Of a stretch of 28,029 nt of DNA, positions 24,893-28,029 are shown piece by piece. The position numbers and the translations under genes were made by a program. Under the pieces are notes generated by a model, which searched no databases, was not told the origin of the DNA, and saw nothing but the letters and a program-made list of their open reading frames with translations. Positions within the stretch are counted from its first letter, which is position 1. Every line of letters starts with the position of its first letter. The stretch is from Betaproteobacteria bacterium (GTDB lineage Bacteria > Pseudomonadota > Gammaproteobacteria > Tethybacterales > Tethybacteraceae), in assembly GCA_026710225.1 (NCBI GenBank), contig JAPORI010000261.1:3109-31137 (forward strand). Direction: 5' to 3'.

Positions 24893-25204
24893 CTAGCGCT
24901 TCTTGCGCTTGGCCGACTTGCGGCGCTTCTTGGCGGGCTTCTTCTTGGCCGCCGCCTTCTTGCGCTTCTTCTTGGCGGGCTTCTTCTTGGCCGCTGCCTT
25001 CTTGCGCTTCTTCTTGGCGGGCTTCTTCTTGGCCGCCGCCTTCTTGCGCTTCTTGGCGGGCTTCTTCTTGGCCGCCTTCTTGCGCTTCTTGGCAGACTTC
25101 TTGGTCGCCTTCTTGACGGTCTTGCGCTTGGCCACCTTCTTCTTGGCGGTCTTGCGCTTGGCCACCTTCTTCTTGGCGGACTTTTTCTTAGCAGCAGCGA
25201 TCAT
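24893..25204 (-). CDS. Histone H1-like (Hc2/AlgP/BpH1-type) Lys/Ala-rich nucleoid-associated protein
   Basis: 103 aa: 53 K, 10 R, 25 A, 4 P, 0 D/E by hand count; AKKKP/AKK repeats. Strong SD AAAGGGAG 6 nt before the ATG and a dedicated promoter. Confidence 0.88.
   Translation of the reverse strand: MIAAAKKKSAKKKVAKRKTAKKKVAKRKTVKKATKKSAKKRKKAAKKKPAKKRKKAAAKKKPAKKKRKKAAAKKKPAKKKRKKAAAKKKPAKKRRKSAKRKKR
24926..25087. repeat. Intragenic tandem repeat: 3 x 42 bp plus a shortened 36-bp copy
   Basis: Unit cttcttggcgggcttcttcttggccgccgccttcttgcgctt at 24926, 24968 (1 mismatch) and 25010; degenerate copy from 25052. Encodes KRKKAAAKKKPAKK. Confidence 0.9.
25117..25179. repeat. Intragenic perfect 2 x 30-bp tandem repeat
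   Basis: cggtcttgcgcttggccaccttcttcttgg at 25117 and 25147; encodes AKKKVAKRKT twice. Confidence 0.9.
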
Positions 25205-25277
25205 CTCGTACTCCCTTTGTTGTTTTGTAGGTTGGGTTTTGGTTTACGCGATCAAAGAAGCAATCACGTTGCAGGCA

Positions 25278-25307
25278 ATTTTAACAAGCAACTTGTCGGA
25301 AGGGCAA
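25278..25307 (-). promoter_or_regulatory. sigma70-type promoter of the histone-like gene
   Basis: -35 TTGCCC (25307-25302), 18-bp spacer, extended -10 TG-T-TAAAAT (25286-25278). The spacer contains the palindrome ACAAG-CAA-CTTGT (25284-25296). Confidence 0.6.
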
Positions 25308-25339
25308 AAAAATCCGCCGCAATTTTGTCAATTGCCGCG
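25306..25339 (-). terminator. Candidate intrinsic terminator of nrdAB
   Basis: Minus strand CGC-G-GCAAUU GACAA AAUUGC-G-GCG (9 bp with one G.G mismatch), then GA and U7. Confidence 0.4.
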
Positions 25340-25398
25340 TTTGGACGCGTTTTTGTTGTTAATTTGTTTGCGCGTGCGTTCAAAATGGTGCTGCGCAA

Positions 25399-25436
25399 CA
25401 AAGACAATTTTTAGTTCGATAACTTTGTTGTCTTTG
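25399..25436. other. 38-bp imperfect inverted repeat downstream of nrdB
   Basis: CAAAGACAA (25399-25407) and TTGTCTTTG (25428-25436) are perfect 9-bp arms, with an inner AGTT-CGAT-AACT stem. Confidence 0.5.
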
Positions 25437-25447
25437 CCTTCAGAGAG

Positions 25448-26509
25448 TTACCACTCCAGAGTGCTGGCACTTTGATATTCGGTAACCCGCGTCTCGAAGA
25501 AGTTCTTCTCCTTTTTCAAATCGAGCATTTCCGACATCCATGGGAAAGTGTTCTTGGCGATGTCGCTGCTAAACAGCGGGTCGATTCCGATCTGGCCGAG
25601 GCGGCGGTTGCAGATGAAGCGCAGATACTCCTTGAACATCGGGGCATTGAGGCCGAGCAGGCCGTTGGGCATGGTTTCCTCGGCATAGCGGTATTCCAGA
25701 TCGCAGGCGGTGCGGAACAGGTCGCGGATTTCCTCAACGAAGTCACTGGTCCACAGATGCGGATTTTCCAGGCGAATCTGGTTGACGCAGTCGGTGCCGA
25801 AGTTCAGATGTAGCGATTCGTCGCGCAGGATGTACTGGATCTGCTCGCTGCAGCCGGTCATCTTGTTCTGCCGGCCGAGAGCGAGAATCTGGACAAAGCC
25901 GACATAGAAGAACATCCCCTCCATGATCATCGCGAACACGATCAGCGCCTTGAGCAGCTGTCGGTCGGTTTCCTCGGTGCCGCTTTTGAAGTTCGGATCG
26001 GTAAGGGTGTTGATGAACTCCAGGCAGAACTCGTCCTTGGCGCCGATGCAGGGAATCTCGTTGTACATGTTGAAGATCTCGCCCTCGTCCAGGCCGAGCG
26101 ATTCGACGATGTACTGGTATGCGTGCACATGCACAGCTTCCTCGAAGGCCTGGCGGAGCAGATACTGCCGGCACTCCGGATTGGTAATCAGGCGGTAGGT
26201 GCCCAGCAGGATGTTGTTGGCGGCCAGACTCTCGGCGGTGGAGAAGAAGCCGAAGTTGCGCTTGATCATCAGCCGCTCGGCATCGGACAGGCCGTCGGTG
26301 CTGTTCCACAACTCGATGTCGCGCTGCATGCTGATTTCGGTCGGCATCCAGTTGTTGGCGCAGCCCTTCTGGTAGGCCTCCCAAGCCCACTTGTACTTGA
26401 TTGGCACCAACTGGTTGAGGTCGGCCCGGCAGTTGATCATCTGCTTCTGGTCAACCCGGATCCGGCTGGTGGCGGGACTGGAATCTTCAAGCAGGCTGGT
26501 AGCGGTCAT
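25448..26509 (-). CDS. nrdB: Class I ribonucleotide reductase beta subunit (Chlamydia/Pseudomonas-type clade)
   Basis: [49 protein letters not shown] and C-terminal [14 protein letters not shown]; GGAGG SD 6 nt before the ATG. Confidence 0.97.
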   Translation of the reverse strand: MTATSLLEDSSPATSRIRVDQKQMINCRADLNQLVPIKYKWAWEAYQKGCANNWMPTEISMQRDIELWNSTDGLSDAERLMIKRNFGFFSTAESLAANNILLGTYRLITNPECRQYLLRQAFEEAVHVHAYQYIVESLGLDEGEIFNMYNEIPCIGAKDEFCLEFINTLTDPNFKSGTEETDRQLLKALIVFAMIMEGMFFYVGFVQILALGRQNKMTGCSEQIQYILRDESLHLNFGTDCVNQIRLENPHLWTSDFVEEIRDLFRTACDLEYRYAEETMPNGLLGLNAPMFKEYLRFICNRRLGQIGIDPLFSSDIAKNTFPWMSEMLDLKKEKNFFETRVTEYQSASTLEW

Positions 26510-26561
26510 GGCAATCCTCCCTGAGAGGGATGAAATACGGGGAAATGTTGGCCGGCGACTA

Positions 26562-28029
26562 TCAGCCGGCGCAGGATTCGCATTCCGGGTCGTTGATCGA
26601 GCAGGCTGTTGCCTCCGGAATCTTCACGGAATTCATGTTGCCAGTGGCGTGGGTTGAGTACTTCTCGGTACTTGAGGCCTGGATCGAGCGCAGGTAGTAG
26701 GTGGTCTTCAGGCCGCGCTGCCAGGCCAGAGTGTAGAGTGCCGCCAAATCCCGACCGCGCGGATTGGCAACGTACAGGTTGAGCGACTGGGCCTGATCGA
26801 GCCACTTCTGGCGCCGTCCGGCCGCCTCGATCAGCCACTTCTGATCGATGTTGAAAGCGGTAACGTAGCGGCGGCGGATGTTCTCGGGGATGCGCTCGAT
26901 TGCGCCGATCTCTCCGTCGTGCTGCTTGATTTCCGAGATCATCAGGGCGTCCCACAACCCCAGTTTCTGCAAGTCGCGCACCAGCCGCCCGTTGATGGTC
27001 TTGAACTCCCCGGACAGGTTCGACTTGGTGAACAGGTTCTGGTAGGTGGGCTCGATGCTGGCAGTAACCCCAACAATGTTGGCGATGGTCGCAGTCGGCG
27101 CAATAGCCAGACAGTTCGAGTTGCGTATACCGTCCTTGCTGATCTTGGCGCGCAACTTGTTCCAGTCCAACTGCGCAGACATGTCGATTTGCAGGTAGGG
27201 GCTGTCAATCGCTCCGTTGACTTTCGGCTTTTCACCGTTGTTGCGCTCGGCGGCCAGCATTGCCAGAGTGTCCGGGGGCAGGATGCCACGGCTCCACAGG
27301 CTGCCGTCGTAACTTTCATAGCGTCCGCGCTCAACCGCCAGGTCCGAGGATGCCCAGTAGGCGTGGTAGGCAATAAGTTCGGCCGAGCGGTCGGCGAACT
27401 CGACCGCCTCTTGTGAGTCGTAGGTTATCCCGGCCTCGTACAGGCAGTCCTGGAAACCCATCATGCCCAGCCCTATCGGCCGGTGGCGCATGTTCGAGTT
27501 GCGCGCCTTGTCAACCGAATAGTAGTTCAGGTCGATTACATTGTCGAGCATCCGGATCGCGGTCTTGACCGTGGCGGCGATCATTTCCTCGTCAAGCTGG
27601 CTGCCGCGCATGTGGGCAACCAGATTTATTGAACCAAGGTTGCACACTGCGATCTCTTCCCGGCTGGTGTTGAGGGTTATCTCGGTGCACAGGTTCGAAC
27701 TGTGCACCACCCCGGTATGCTGCTGCGGCGAGCGGATGTTGCAGGCGTCCTTGAAGGTAAACCAGGGATGGCCGGTCTCGTAGATCATCTTGATCATCTT
27801 CATCCACAACTCGGTTGCCCGAATCTTCTTGTGGGGGATTTCTCCGGCTTCGGCCAGTTGCTCATAGCCTTCGTAGGCCTTTTCAAAGGCCAGTCCGTAC
27901 AGATCGTGCAGGTCGGGAGTGTCGGCCGGCGAAAAGAGTGTCCAGTCGGCATCGGCCAACACCCGCTTGATGAACAGGTCGGGTATCCAGTTGGCGGTGT
28001 TCATGTCGTGGGTGCGCCGCCGGTCGTCG
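26562..28029 (-). CDS. nrdA: Class I ribonucleotide reductase alpha subunit (partial; 5' part beyond window end)
   Basis: Frame open past 28029 ([14 protein letters not shown]); SSNLCTEI (thiyl Cys), [21 protein letters not shown] (radical-transfer Tyr pair), C-terminal [11 protein letters not shown] redox motif. Confidence 0.98.
   Translation of the reverse strand, partial: DDRRRTHDMNTANWIPDLFIKRVLADADWTLFSPADTPDLHDLYGLAFEKAYEGYEQLAEAGEIPHKKIRATELWMKMIKMIYETGHPWFTFKDACNIRSPQQHTGVVHSSNLCTEITLNTSREEIAVCNLGSINLVAHMRGSQLDEEMIAATVKTAIRMLDNVIDLNYYSVDKARNSNMRHRPIGLGMMGFQDCLYEAGITYDSQEAVEFADRSAELIAYHAYWASSDLAVERGRYESYDGSLWSRGILPPDTLAMLAAERNNGEKPKVNGAIDSPYLQIDMSAQLDWNKLRAKISKDGIRNSNCLAIAPTATIANIVGVTASIEPTYQNLFTKSNLSGEFKTINGRLVRDLQKLGLWDALMISEIKQHDGEIGAIERIPENIRRRYVTAFNIDQKWLIEAAGRRQKWLDQAQSLNLYVANPRGRDLAALYTLAWQRGLKTTYYLRSIQASSTEKYSTHATGNMNSVKIPEATACSINDPECESCAG

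Noticed and set aside
24926-25179. Regular 30-42-bp repeats as a possible CRISPR array
   Set aside because: Repeats are contiguous with no unique spacers, lie in frame within a CDS, and no cas genes are present.
24811-25475. Repetitive ORFs 24903..25475 (FFLAAAFLRFF, membrane-like) and 24811..25116 (CASSWRASSWPP)
   Set aside because: Reverse-complement readings of the Lys/Ala repeats. Promoter and SD support only the minus-strand basic protein.
25205-26561. NrdR boxes near nrdB
   Set aside because: No match to acaCwAtATaTwGtgt is visible; they would be expected upstream of nrdA, which is outside the window.
1-28029. High frequency of GCCGGC/CCGG words as a repeat family or methylation signal
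   Set aside because: Explained by Ala-Gly (GCC GGC) codon pairs in GC-rich coding DNA; it would need a codon-aware Markov test to claim enrichment.
1-28029. A hidden defence, toxin-antitoxin, retron, prophage or biosynthetic system
   Set aside because: Every gene-sized interval is accounted for by a recognisable housekeeping family; no unexplained ORF, RT, nuclease cluster or large non-coding gap remains.

Overview
GC-rich (about 60-65% by eye), very gene-dense stretch of core chromosome from a Gram-negative bacterium. Gene content and order (lptG-lptF / pepA-holC, metK-ahcY, DUF4390-ntrY-ntrX, birA-coaX, nrdA-nrdB plus a histone H1-like gene) look beta/gamma-proteobacterial, but the proteins are quite diverged; lineage is inference only. 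I support 27 CDS (lptG and nrdA are cut by the window edges) and one tRNA-Ala(CGC). Using my start calls, intergenic DNA sums to about 900 bp (about 97% coding). I found no mobile element, CRISPR array, prophage, defence system or pseudogene, and no evidence of a wholly new multi-gene system. The best leads are smaller. (1) NrdB is collinear with the Chlamydia class Ic R2 but combines its Glu first metal ligand (E93) with the class Ia radical Tyr (Y131). (2) A 103-aa histone H1/Hc2-like protein is 61% Lys+Arg with no acidic residue, has tandem repeats, its own promoter and a 3' hairpin that ends on the birA start codon. (3) A 27-bp head-to-head pyrC/folD gap holds two interlocked -10 hexamers predicting (near-)leaderless mRNAs. 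(4) An ArsR/SahR-type operator candidate precedes a metK-ahcY-msrPQ-mscS run. (5) NtrX has a fully degenerate AAA+ domain and is coupled to pyrE. (6) A short-chain asparaginase lacks the usual loop Tyr. Family assignments come from motif recognition and recalled reference sequences; no database search was run.
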